Shown: positions 9,504 through 18,487 of the stretch, piece after piece
How positions within the stretch are numbered: position 1 is the first letter of the stretch
Layout: each line of letters opens with the position of its first letter
From: an uncultured Actinomycetes bacterium
GTDB taxonomy: Bacteria; Chloroflexota; Dormibacteria; Aeolococcales; Aeolococcaceae
Length of the DNA stretch: 64,000 bases
NCBI GenBank assembly: GCA_964618935.1
Contig: CAZUDL010000008.1
Span: 28,870-92,869, forward strand
Reading direction: 5' to 3'
Made by a program: the position numbers and the translations under genes
The notes under the pieces: generated by a model
What the model was told of the DNA's origin: nothing
The model's input: only the letters and a program-made list of their open reading frames with translations
The model's database searches: none

Positions 9504-11761
9504 GGCAGGTCGAGGCCGGCCGCACCGCGGCCCCGCGCGAACCGGCGCAGGCGGAGCGCGTTGCCCACCACCGTGACGGAGCTCAGCGCCATGGCCAGCG
9601 CCGCCAGCACCGGCGGGACGATGCCGAGCATGGCCAGGGGCACCAGCACCAGGTTGTAGCCGAAGGCCCACCCCAGGTTCTGGTGGATGGTCCGCAGCGT
9701 CGCCCGGCCCAGCGCGATGGCGTCGCCGACCCGGCCGACGTCCCCGCGGACGAGGGTGATCGCCGCCGCCGCCATGGCCACGCCCGTGCCGCCGCCCAGG
9801 GCGATGCCGACGTCGGCGGCGGCCAGAGCCGGGGCGTCGTTGACGCCGTCGCCCACCATGGCCACGGCGGCGCCTCCCCGTCGCAGGGCGGTCACCAGGG
9901 CGGCCTTCCCCTCGGGGCTCAACCCTGCATGCCACTCGCCGATGCCGGCCTGCGCGGAGATGGCAGCCGCCGCCTCGGGAGTGTCGCCGGTGGCGAGGAC
10001 GACGCGCAGCCCCATGGAGCGCAGCCGGCGCACCCCCGCAGCGCTCTCGGGTCGCAGGGGGTCGGCCACATTCATCCGCAGGCGGAGCGCTCCGTCGACG
10101 GCGACGCCGATCCGGGTCCCCCCGCGACCGACCTCGACGGCGGGCGGGACACCGGCCGCCGGCACCCCCTGCTCCGCCAGCCACCGGGGCGATCCCACCA
10201 GCACGCGGTGACCGCCGGCGGTGCCCTCGATGCCGCCGCCCGGGTGGCTCACGATGCCCTGGGCCGCGTCCGGGACGTCGCATCCCCGCCGCGAGGCGGC
10301 GTCGAGCACCGCCTGGCCCAGGCTGTGCTCGGAGCCGGATTCGACGGCGGCGGCCAGGGCCAGCGCGGGCTCCACCCGCCCGGTCCCCACGGCGACGACG
10401 TCGAGCACCTCGGGGCGGCCCAGCGTCAGCGTCCCGGTCTTGTCGAGCACCACGACGCGCAGGCGGTGCACGGTCTCCAGGGTCTCGCCGCCCCGGATCA
10501 GCAGTCCCAGCTCGGCGCCCCGCCCGCTCGAGACCATGATGGCGACCGGAGTGGCCAGCCCGAGGGCGCAGGGACAGGCGACCACCAGCGTCGCCACCGC
10601 CGGGATCATGGACGCGGCGACGCCGTGGCCGGTGAGCAGCCACGCGGCGAAGGTCACGGCGGCCAGCGCGATCACGGTGGGCACGAACACCGAGGAGACG
10701 CGGTCGGCCAGGCGCTGCGCCGGGGCCTTCTCCGCCTGCGCCCGCTCGACGAGCTGGACGATGTGGGCGAGGACGGTCTCGCTCCCAGTCCGGTCGACCC
10801 GCATCTCCAGAGGGCTCCTGCCGTTCACGGTGCCGCCGATCAGGCGGTCGCCGGCTCCCCGTGCCACGGGCAGGCTCTCGCCCGTCATCAGGGACTCGTC
10901 CACGGTGCCGGAACCGCGGACCACGATGCCGTCGGTGGGGATGCGCTCGCCCGGCTTGACCAGCAGGCGGTCACCCATCGCCACCAGCTCCACGTCCACG
11001 TCGACGGCGGGGGCGCCGCCGGTGCCGGCCGCCTCCAGGCGATGGGCGACCCGGGGCTGCAGGCCGGCCAGGGCCGCGATCGCCGAGCCCGCGCGGTGCC
11101 GGGCGACCACCTCGCAGAAGCTGCCGACGGAGATGAGGGTGACGATGAGCGAGGCGGTGTCGAAGTAGGTCGCCCGGCCGGGAAGGGCCACCGTGGCCAC
11201 GATCGAGTAGGTGTAGGCGGCGGTGGCGCCCAGGGAGACCAGGGTGTCCATGGTGACGGTGGCGTGGCGCAGCGACCGCAGCGCGCTGCGATGGAAGGGT
11301 CCTCCGACCCAGAGGAAGACGGGCAACGTCACCACCAGCTGGGCCGCGTTGGACCAGGAGGCGCCGCCGAACCCGTAGGCGAGGATCAGAGTTGCGGCGC
11401 TGAGCACAGCGCCTGCGGTGATCCTCGCCAGCCGGCGCCGCAGGTCGGCACGGTGACGGGCCTCCCCGCCGTCCGCAGGGAGCCCGCGCTCGCCGGCGCG
11501 GACGCTCGCCTCGTATCCGGCCTCGCGGACCGCCGCCACCAGGGAGGTGGCTGCGACGCCGCCGGCGGTGCGGACCCGGGCCCGATCCGTCGCCAGGTTG
11601 ACACTGACCTCGGTGACACCGGCCACGCTCTCGAGGGCACGCTCGACCCGGCTGACGCACGAGGCACAGCTCATCCCGCCGATCTCCAGGTCGACCACGC
11701 CCGGGGCCGGGCCGGTGACCGCCGGCACCGTCGTGGCGGGCAGGCCGACGGTGCCGGTCAC
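9461..11761 (-). CDS. copA: Cu(I)-translocating P1B-type ATPase
   Basis: GMSCASC HMA, TGES, CPC, DKTGT, GDGVNDAP, YN and MxxSS; GTGA overlap with csoR stop. Confidence 0.95.
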   Translation of the reverse strand: MTGTVGLPATTVPAVTGPAPGVVDLEIGGMSCASCVSRVERALESVAGVTEVSVNLATDRARVRTAGGVAATSLVAAVREAGYEASVRAGERGLPADGGEARHRADLRRRLARITAGAVLSAATLILAYGFGGASWSNAAQLVVTLPVFLWVGGPFHRSALRSLRHATVTMDTLVSLGATAAYTYSIVATVALPGRATYFDTASLIVTLISVGSFCEVVARHRAGSAIAALAGLQPRVAHRLEAAGTGGAPAVDVDVELVAMGDRLLVKPGERIPTDGIVVRGSGTVDESLMTGESLPVARGAGDRLIGGTVNGRSPLEMRVDRTGSETVLAHIVQLVERAQAEKAPAQRLADRVSSVFVPTVIALAAVTFAAWLLTGHGVAASMIPAVATLVVACPCALGLATPVAIMVSSGRGAELGLLIRGGETLETVHRLRVVVLDKTGTLTLGRPEVLDVVAVGTGRVEPALALAAAVESGSEHSLGQAVLDAASRRGCDVPDAAQGIVSHPGGGIEGTAGGHRVLVGSPRWLAEQGVPAAGVPPAVEVGRGGTRIGVAVDGALRLRMNVADPLRPESAAGVRRLRSMGLRVVLATGDTPEAAAAISAQAGIGEWHAGLSPEGKAALVTALRRGGAAVAMVGDGVNDAPALAAADVGIALGGGTGVAMAAAAITLVRGDVGRVGDAIALGRATLRTIHQNLGWAFGYNLVLVPLAMLGIVPPVLAALAMALSSVTVVGNALRLRRFARGRGAAGLDLPQPTKWKATNLPRT

Positions 11762-12123
11762 GGCCGGCGCTTCCGGGCCACCCTCGATGCCGTGGCGAGA
11801 GCGGCGACGGGCACGCCGGGCAGGGGGAGGGGGTCGAACCGCTCGCGGAGGTCGGTGAGGGCCCCGGTGAAGCGGAGCGCCTCCAGCAGATCGGCGATCT
11901 TCTGCTGCCCGCCGCCGGAGGCGATGGCCTCGGTGACGCAGGTCTCCAGGTGATTCTGGAGCAGCACCCGGTTCACCTTCTCCAGCGACGCCTGGAGAGC
12001 GGCGATCTGCTTCATCAGGTCGGGGCAGTAGTCCTCCCGCTCCACCATGGCGAGGACGCCGTCCAGGTGTCCACGGACGGTCTTGAGCCGGAGCAGCGCG
12101 TCGCGCTTGTGCTCGGGTTTCAT
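11758..12123 (-). CDS. csoR: Copper-sensing repressor CsoR
   Basis: RLKTVRGHLDGV, YC, HLETC (C-H-C Cu(I) ligands); directly upstream of copA. Confidence 0.92.
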   Translation of the reverse strand: MKPEHKRDALLRLKTVRGHLDGVLAMVEREDYCPDLMKQIAALQASLEKVNRVLLQNHLETCVTEAIASGGGQQKIADLLEALRFTGALTDLRERFDPLPLPGVPVAALATASRVARKRRP

Positions 12124-12146
12124 CGGGGGCGGCGGCGGGCGGGCAC
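12120..12146 (-). other. Candidate leaderless 8-codon uORF (GTG: M-P-A-R-R-R-P-R-stop) overlapping csoR start
   Basis: GTG at 12146 is 7 nt downstream of TAGACT (12159-12154); its TGA (12122-12120) overlaps the csoR ATG (ATGA); no SD before csoR. Confidence 0.45.
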
Positions 12147-12153
12147 GGCTGCC

Positions 12154-12177
12154 AGTCTACCCCACCCGGGGTGGGGT
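12154..12177 (-). promoter_or_regulatory. csoR-copA promoter: CsoR operator plus -10
   Basis: Perfect 9-1-9 inverted repeat ACCCCACCC-G-GGGTGGGGT (12159-12177) of the C/G-tract type bound by CsoR, abutting minus-strand TAGACT. Confidence 0.75.
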
Positions 12178-12206
12178 GGGGGCAGCAGGTGGCGCCTCCC
12201 CATGGT

Positions 12207-12218
12207 TTGTGCTACAAT
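12207..12218 (+). promoter_or_regulatory. Extended -10 (TG-c-TACAAT) overlapping a TTGT-N3-ACAA palindrome
   Basis: TTGTGCTACAAT at 12207-12218; near-identical copy at 13151-13162. Confidence 0.6.
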
Positions 12219-12279
12219 CCTACAAGTAACCGCCATCCGGCTCAGAACGAGGGTTGGACGCAGGAAAGGGAGGAACGAC

Positions 12280-12486
12280 ATGAGCATGATGATGGGAACG
12301 ATGTGGGACCCGGTGCGACCCCTCAACGGAACGCAGTCGGGTCGGAGCTGCAGCGTGTGCCGCCAGACCATCCATCCGGCCGACGGCTTCGGTATGAGCG
12401 AGGGCGTATGCGCCCCCTGCCACTCCGGAAGGTCGGCGCGGGTCAGTTCGCGGCAGGGGCTCCGCCGCCTGCTGCGGATCGGCTGA
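12280..12486 (+). CDS. 68-aa Met-rich, CxxC/CxxC small protein of unknown function
   Basis: GGAGG 6 nt before ATG; MSMMMGTMW N-terminus; CSVC and CAPC pairs; own promoter. Confidence 0.7.
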   Translation: MSMMMGTMWDPVRPLNGTQSGRSCSVCRQTIHPADGFGMSEGVCAPCHSGRSARVSSRQGLRRLLRIG

Positions 12487-13114
12487 TCAGGCGGGCGCTC
12501 GCGCCCTCCAGGTGATGGCGGACCGCGGCCTCGGCCGTTGCTGGGCGGCCGCTGCCGATGGCCGCGAGGATCCGCTCGTGTTCGGCCGCCAGCAGGCGGA
12601 GCGTCGCCCACTCGCCCACCAGCTGACCCAGGCATAGGCGGATCTCGGAGGCGAGGTCCTCGTAGGCACGGGTCATGCGGGCGTTTCCGGCGCCGGCGAC
12701 GATGGCACGGTGGAAGGCGAGATCGGCCTCGATGCGCGAACGGTGCGGGGAGTCCTCGCTCAGGCCCAGCTCCCGCGCCAGCGCGTCGCGGGCGTCCTCG
12801 GGCACGGCGCCCCGCGCCGCCAGGGTGCGTGCCGCCTGGACCTCGAGAGCGGCGCGCAGCTCGTAGACGTCGGCGAGGTCGCGCTCGGTGAGCACCCTGA
12901 TGAAGACGCCGCGGTTCTGCGCCTTCATCAGGATGCCGCGTCCGACCAGGGCGTCGAAGGCCGCCCGCAGGGTGTTCCGGCCGACCGCGTACTCCCGGCT
13001 CAGCTCGATCTCCCGCAGGTGCTCGCCGGGCCGGAATCGGCCGTCCAGCACGGCCTTCTCCAGCGCCCGCTCGAGGGCGTGAACCGTGGACACGGTCTCC
13101 AGACGTTGGCTCAC
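12443..13114 (-). CDS. GntR/FCD-family transcriptional regulator
   Basis: PGEHLREIELSREYAVGRNTLRAA wHTH; ADLAFHRAI and EHERIL (FCD); GGAGAG before GTG 13114. Confidence 0.9.
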   Translation of the reverse strand: MSQRLETVSTVHALERALEKAVLDGRFRPGEHLREIELSREYAVGRNTLRAAFDALVGRGILMKAQNRGVFIRVLTERDLADVYELRAALEVQAARTLAARGAVPEDARDALARELGLSEDSPHRSRIEADLAFHRAIVAGAGNARMTRAYEDLASEIRLCLGQLVGEWATLRLLAAEHERILAAIGSGRPATAEAAVRHHLEGASARLISRSAAGGGAPAAN

Positions 13115-13149
13115 CCAGGACTCTCCCCGCATGCCGTCAGGTCTGTTGC

Positions 13150-13162
13150 ATTGTTCTACAAT
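13150..13162. promoter_or_regulatory. GntR-type operator palindrome ATTGT-TCT-ACAAT in the gntR/marR divergent region
   Basis: 5-3-5 inverted repeat matching the GntR-family GT-Nx-AC pattern; also contains TACAAT. Confidence 0.55.
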
Positions 13163-13324
13163 CGCGCGCCACCTGGCAAGCGCGCCGGCGCCCTCGCGGG
13201 CCCCGCATCGGTTCCATGAATCGCTTCCCTGTGGAGCCGCGATGGGCGCGCTAGAGTTCCTCCTGTGAGTTCGGCGGCGGAGGCCAGGCAGGGCACCGCG
13301 GCCTCGGGCGCGGGGGAGTTGCGC

Positions 13325-13783
13325 ATGGCTGCGGCGCTCCGCCGCGGCTTCCGGCAGGCCCAGGTCCTCATGGCCCACTCACTTGCCGAGTACGACCTCG
13401 GGTCGCTCTCGTACCAGCTCCTCCTGGAGGTCGCCGCGGCCGGCGCCCCGGGTGTCGCCCAGGGCGATCTCACCGACCTGCTCCAGTGTCCCGACACCCG
13501 CGTGTCGACCCTGGTCCGGGACCTGGCGGAGAGGGGCCTGGTCAAGGCCGTGCGCACCCTCCCCGATCGCCGCGCGGTCACCATCCGCCCCACGCCCCGG
13601 GGGGTCCGGTTGACCCAGGCGGCGCTCCACAGCCAGCGCGTCGCGCTCAACCGGCTCTCGGAGCAGGCCCTCGTCCCCGGCGTCATGGCGCTCCTCGAGG
13701 ACGCCCTCCGCCTCTACGTCGGCCTGGAGGTCCGCGTCGAGGGCGTGCCCATCCGGTCGCTGATCGGCTCCTCGGATCGCTGA
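13325..13783 (+). CDS. MarR-family transcriptional regulator
   Basis: VSTLVRDLAERGLV...DRRAVTIRPTPRG winged helix; GGGGAG before ATG 13325. Confidence 0.85.
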   Translation: MAAALRRGFRQAQVLMAHSLAEYDLGSLSYQLLLEVAAAGAPGVAQGDLTDLLQCPDTRVSTLVRDLAERGLVKAVRTLPDRRAVTIRPTPRGVRLTQAALHSQRVALNRLSEQALVPGVMALLEDALRLYVGLEVRVEGVPIRSLIGSSDR

Positions 13784-13813
13784 CGGGGACGGTACGAACT
13801 GTTCCCGACGGGG

Positions 13814-14479
13814 TCAGGCCCGGCTCGCAGAGGGCAACGGGGCGTGGTCCAGCCCGGCGGCGAGGCAGCGGGCGGCGAGCCGTGCGTAGCCCGGGGCCCG
13901 GCGCGCCAGCCAGAGGAGCTCCCGGCCACGGCGGGGGTCGAGGGCCGCCCTCCCCGGCGCCGCCCATTCCGGCGACATCTCCCGCGACGGCGCGTCGAGG
14001 ATGACGCGGATGCTGGCCAGGGGCGCCCCGGTGGGGACGAGCCGCGCCGTCTCCATCTCTGCGGCGAGGAACCCCCGGTTCGCCCAGACCCCCCGGGCCG
14101 GCCCGACGACCGGGCGCCGTGCCGTGAGCAGCGGCCCAACCGCCGGCTCGCAGCCCAGCTCGCGGGCCCCGGCCACCAGGGCGCGCACCCAGCCCGGGTC
14201 GCAGGCCACCTGCTCCCCGCCCTCGAGGGCCACGGAATCGGCGACGACGACCGTCCCCGGCAGGAGGTCGCCCACCAGGCCTCCGGCCAGGCCGCAGGTG
14301 ATCAGGACCGGCGACGCACCGGCCGGCAACGTCCACCGCCGCACGGCGATGCCGCATCTCACCAGCCCGACACCGCTCCGCTGACGGCCGGCCAGAGCCC
14401 GGCGCACCGCGCGCCACTCCATCCACGTCGCGGCCAGCACCGTGACGTCGGCGCGGCCGGCCCGGGCGGCCTCAGACAT
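13814..14479 (-). CDS. hpnG: Hopanoid-associated nucleoside phosphorylase-like protein (adenosylhopane nucleosidase)
   Basis: CGLAGGL, AEMET, SIRVILD (PNP/UDP family); last gene of the hop operon. Confidence 0.7.
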   Translation of the reverse strand: MSEAARAGRADVTVLAATWMEWRAVRRALAGRQRSGVGLVRCGIAVRRWTLPAGASPVLITCGLAGGLVGDLLPGTVVVADSVALEGGEQVACDPGWVRALVAGARELGCEPAVGPLLTARRPVVGPARGVWANRGFLAAEMETARLVPTGAPLASIRVILDAPSREMSPEWAAPGRAALDPRRGRELLWLARRAPGYARLAARCLAAGLDHAPLPSASRA

Positions 14480-15464
14480 AGCCGTGGTCGCGGTACCAGG
14501 CCACGGACCGCCCCACCGCCTCGTCGACGGGGCCGGGGGCGAAGCCGAGCTCCGTTCGCGCCCTGTCGCTGCGGACGTACATCCGCTGGCGGCCCATCCT
14601 CACCCCCTCCAGCGGCACCCGCGGCTGAGCGGAAGGCCACAGGCGGCAGCGAGCCTCGTCGACCCAGGCGGCGGCGGCGGCCACCGCGTACGGCATCCGC
14701 GCCGACGGCGGCCGGAGACCGGCGCTGCGGGCGATCAGCTCCCAGATCTCCGCCAGGCTCAGGTTCTCGCCTCCCACGAGGTACCGCGACCCCGGGCGCC
14801 CGCGCTCCAGGGCCAGGACGTGGGCGCGGGCGACGTCCTCGACGGCCACGAGGTTCATGCCTCCGCCCAGGTAGGCGGGGATCCGGCCGAGCATGAGGTC
14901 GACGACCATCTGCCCCGTCGGGGTGGGACGGGCATCGCGCGGACCGATGGGGGCGGTGGGCAGCACCGTGACCACCGGGAGGTTGGCGCGCAGGGCGGCG
15001 CGCTCCTGCCTGACCTTGGACCCGTGATAGCCGGCCGTGGCGTGCCCCCCCTCGGCCCAGTCGCTCTCGACGGCCAGCCGCCCACCGCGCAGCGGTCCCA
15101 CCGCGGCGGAGCTGGAGGTCACCACCGCCCTCTCCATGCCGGCGAGGCGGGCCGCCTCGAGGAGGCTTCGGGTCCCCGCCACGTTGACCCGGTCGAGCCC
15201 CGGCCGCTCCCGCGGCGCGAACGAGTACTCCGCCGCAACGTGCAGCAGGTAGCGGCAGCCGCGCATCGCCTCCACCAGAGCGCCGCCGTCGCGGACGTCT
15301 CCCCGGGCGAGGCTCAGCCCCTGGCGCGCTGCGAGACGGCCGGGGTCGCCGCGCACCAGTGCCGTCACCGTGCGGCCATCCTCGAGCAGGGCGTCGAGCA
15401 CATGGCCGCCGACGAACCCGGTCGCCCCGGTGAGGAACACCTCGCCCCTGGAGATGGTCGCCAT
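14472..15464 (-). CDS. hpnA: Hopanoid-associated NAD-dependent epimerase/dehydratase
   Basis: TGATGFVG, LHVAAEYS, YHGSK, PTAPIGPRDARPTPTG; within hop operon. Confidence 0.85.
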   Translation of the reverse strand: MATISRGEVFLTGATGFVGGHVLDALLEDGRTVTALVRGDPGRLAARQGLSLARGDVRDGGALVEAMRGCRYLLHVAAEYSFAPRERPGLDRVNVAGTRSLLEAARLAGMERAVVTSSSAAVGPLRGGRLAVESDWAEGGHATAGYHGSKVRQERAALRANLPVVTVLPTAPIGPRDARPTPTGQMVVDLMLGRIPAYLGGGMNLVAVEDVARAHVLALERGRPGSRYLVGGENLSLAEIWELIARSAGLRPPSARMPYAVAAAAAWVDEARCRLWPSAQPRVPLEGVRMGRQRMYVRSDRARTELGFAPGPVDEAVGRSVAWYRDHGYV

Positions 15465-15481
15465 GCTGCGATCGCGCCCCG

Positions 15482-16513
15482 TCAGTTGCGGTTGAGGACC
15501 TGCCCGCGGAAGGTGTCGCCGGCGGCGCGCAGGGACTGCCGCAGCGAACCGGTGGTCGCCACCACGGCGGTGGGCTCGTAGCCGCAGTGGGCCATGCAGT
15601 TGGCGCAGCGCGGGTCCTTGCCACGTCCATAGCTGTCCCACTCGGTCGTCTCCAGGAGTTCCCGGTACGACGACACGTAGCCGTCCGCCATGAGGTAGCA
15701 GGGACGCTGCCAGCCAAAGATCGAGTAGCACGGGATTCCCCATGCCGTGCATTGGAAATCGACCTTGCCCTCGAGGAAGTCGAGGAACAGCGGGGAGTGG
15801 TTGAGCCGCCACTTGGCCCGCCGGCCGTCGGCGAAGGCCTCCCGGAAGATGCGGTGGGTGTTCTCCACCTGGAGCCAGTGCTCCTGGTCGGGCGCCTTCT
15901 CGTAGGCGTAGCCGGGGGAGATCTGCATGGTGTCGACCTTGGCGTCGTCGTTGAGGAAGTCCAGCACGTCGCGGATCGACTGGGCGTTGTCCATGTCGAA
16001 GAAGGTGGTGTTGGTGGTGACCCGGAAGCCGCGCCGCTTGGCCTCGCGGATGGCCGCCACCGCCTTGTCGAAGGTCCCCTTGCGGTCCACCGATTGATCG
16101 TGCCGCTCGCGGAGACCGTCGATGTGGATGGAGAAGGAGAAGTAGGGCGAGGGCGTGAAGAGGTCGAGCTTCTTCTCCAGCAGCAGCGCGTTGGTGCACA
16201 GGTAGACGAAGCGTTTGCGGGCCACGAGTTCCGCGGCGATCTTGTCGATCTCCTTGTGCACCAAGGGCTCGCCACCGGCGATGGAGACGATGGGGGCGCC
16301 GCATTCCTCGACCGCGGCGACGCACTGCTCGACGCTGAGACGGCGGGACAGGATGTCCTGCGGATGCTGGATCTTGCCGCAGCCGGCGCACGCCAGATTG
16401 CATTGGTAGAGCGGCTCCAGCTGGAGCACGAGCGCGAACTTCTCGTTCTTCCGGATGCGCTGGCGCATGACGTAGCCGCCGACTTTCAGGGTCTGGCGGA
16501 GGGGGATGGCCAT
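15482..16513 (-). CDS. hpnH: Adenosyl-hopene transferase (radical SAM)
   Basis: LEPLYQCNLACAGCGKI (CxxxCxxC), IAGGEPL, CMAHCGYE; follows shc. Confidence 0.95.
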   Translation of the reverse strand: MAIPLRQTLKVGGYVMRQRIRKNEKFALVLQLEPLYQCNLACAGCGKIQHPQDILSRRLSVEQCVAAVEECGAPIVSIAGGEPLVHKEIDKIAAELVARKRFVYLCTNALLLEKKLDLFTPSPYFSFSIHIDGLRERHDQSVDRKGTFDKAVAAIREAKRRGFRVTTNTTFFDMDNAQSIRDVLDFLNDDAKVDTMQISPGYAYEKAPDQEHWLQVENTHRIFREAFADGRRAKWRLNHSPLFLDFLEGKVDFQCTAWGIPCYSIFGWQRPCYLMADGYVSSYRELLETTEWDSYGRGKDPRCANCMAHCGYEPTAVVATTGSLRQSLRAAGDTFRGQVLNRN

Positions 16514-16516
16514 CTC

Positions 16517-18487
16517 TCAGTTCTCCTTGCCGGTGGGTCCTGCGGTTCTCACCGGTCCGACCCCCGCGGTCCCGGCGTGCGGTTCATGTGCGGCCACCCC
16601 CCGGCCGCGCGGCGAGCTGCGCCCGCGAGCGACGGCGGGGCGGATGCCCTCTGCTTCGGAGGCCCCGGCGAGCGCCAGGGCCATGGTGGGGAAGAGGTGC
16701 CGGTACATGCCGTAGTTGAGGTAGAAGTCGCCGGGGAATCCCGTCCCCGTGTACTCCCGCTCCATCCAGGTGCCGCCACTCTGGCGCTCCCGGAGGTGGT
16801 TCAGGCCACGCCGGCACGACGGGTCATCACCGTGCCCGCTTCTCTGCAATGCCATCACCGCCCACGCCGTCTGCGATGCCGTGCTGACGCCGACCCCGGC
16901 GAAGCTCTCGTCCTCGTACGAGTGGCATGTCTCACCCCACCCGCCGTCCGTGTTCTGGACGCGGACCAGCCAGTCGGTGGCGCGGGGAAGGCGCGGACCG
17001 CCGCACCCCAGAGCCGCCAGGGCGCTGATGACGCACCACGTGCCGTAGACGTGGTTCACGCCCCACCGGCCGTACCATGAGCCCCAGGGGCGCTGCTCCC
17101 GAGCCAGGTAGAGGAGGCCCTTTCTCACCACCGGGTCGTCCACCCCGCGCCCCAGCGCCGACAGCATCTCCAGGACGTGGGCGGTGACGTCCTCGCTGGG
17201 GGGATCGAGCATGGCCCCGAAGTCGGCGAAGGGGATCTGGTAGACGAGCCTCCGGGTGTTGTCCTTGTCGAACGATCCCCAGGCGCCGTTGCGCGATCGC
17301 ATGGCCACGCACCACCGGGCGGCCCTCTCCGCCGCGGCCCGCACCGCCTCGCCACCGCCTCCCTCGAGCAGCGCCAGCACCACAACGGCGGTGTCGTCGA
17401 TGTCGGGGTAGATGTCGTTGTCGAACTCGAAGGCCCAGCCGCCGCATTCCTGCATGGGCACCTTCACCTGCCAGTCGCCGCCGCGCTCGATCTGCTCGCC
17501 GAGCAGCCAGTCGACGGCGGCGCGGACCTGGGGATGCGCCCGGGGCAGCCCGGCCGCACGCAGAGCCAGGACGGCCCAGGCCGTGTCCCACACCGGGGAC
17601 ATGCAGGCCTGGAGCCGCCAGCCGGCGGCGTCGGAGACGGCGAACCGCTCGTGGAGCCCGCGCAGGCCGAGCCGCATCACCGGGTGGTCCAGCCCCATCC
17701 CCTGCAGGTTGAGGGCGATCAGCGAGTAGACCCAGGGCGGCTGGATCCCACCCCAGCTGCCGTCCGCCTCCTGGTGGTCGGCGATCCAGTCGGTGATGCT
17801 GCGGCAGGCACGGCGCCGCCCCGGCTGGCGGGGCAGCCTCTCGTAGAGCTTCTGCAACTTGTCAAGCCACCAGAAGATCCCTGAGCCGGGGATGCGGTGC
17901 AACTCCGTCTCCGTCCCCGGCGCCACCAGCTCCCCGACGCCGAACCCCAGCGGGCGCACCGGCTTGCGGCTCAGGACGATGAGCAGCGGGGCGATCGTCC
18001 CCCGGGCCCAGCAGGCGAAGTCGTAGAGGTTCAGCGGCGCCCAGGTGGGCAGGTGGACCAGCTCGGGCGGCATCGACGGCACCCCGTCCCAGGGGTACTC
18101 GCCGAAGAGAGCCAGCCACAGCTTGGTGAACACCCGGGCGTGGGCGACCCCGCCCTGGTCGAGGACGAAGCGGCGGGCGCGGACCAGGGGTTCGGACGAC
18201 GCGGCCACGCCGAGCAGGCGCAGGGCGACGTAGGCCTCGACGGTGGTGCTGAGGTCGCCCGGACCGTCGTGGTAGAGGGCCCAGGTGCCATCGGCGCGCT
18301 GGGCTCCGAGGATGTGCTGCCGGGCGCCGGCGGCGATGGCGGTGTGGTCGGCACCGAGAAACCGGAGCAGGAGGAGGTGCTCGGCGGTCATGGTGACGTT
18401 GGTCTCCATCTCCGCCGTCCACCAGCCGGCCGGGTCCTGGCGCTCCAGAAGCCATGCCACGGCGTCGCGCAGCGCGGTGTCAACCAT
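16517..18487 (-). CDS. shc: Squalene-hopene cyclase
   Basis: DIDDTA (DxDD), repeated QW motifs (QRADGTW, QEADGSW, QNTDGGWGE), GTGFPGDFYLNY. Confidence 0.97.
   Translation of the reverse strand: MVDTALRDAVAWLLERQDPAGWWTAEMETNVTMTAEHLLLLRFLGADHTAIAAGARQHILGAQRADGTWALYHDGPGDLSTTVEAYVALRLLGVAASSEPLVRARRFVLDQGGVAHARVFTKLWLALFGEYPWDGVPSMPPELVHLPTWAPLNLYDFACWARGTIAPLLIVLSRKPVRPLGFGVGELVAPGTETELHRIPGSGIFWWLDKLQKLYERLPRQPGRRRACRSITDWIADHQEADGSWGGIQPPWVYSLIALNLQGMGLDHPVMRLGLRGLHERFAVSDAAGWRLQACMSPVWDTAWAVLALRAAGLPRAHPQVRAAVDWLLGEQIERGGDWQVKVPMQECGGWAFEFDNDIYPDIDDTAVVVLALLEGGGGEAVRAAAERAARWCVAMRSRNGAWGSFDKDNTRRLVYQIPFADFGAMLDPPSEDVTAHVLEMLSALGRGVDDPVVRKGLLYLAREQRPWGSWYGRWGVNHVYGTWCVISALAALGCGGPRLPRATDWLVRVQNTDGGWGETCHSYEDESFAGVGVSTASQTAWAVMALQRSGHGDDPSCRRGLNHLRERQSGGTWMEREYTGTGFPGDFYLNYGMYRHLFPTMALALAGASEAEGIRPAVARGRSSPRGRGVAAHEPHAGTAGVGPVRTAGPTGKEN

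Noticed and set aside
10318-10335. CopA N-domain SEHS instead of SEHP
   Set aside because: The essential His is retained and all transport motifs are intact; minor variant
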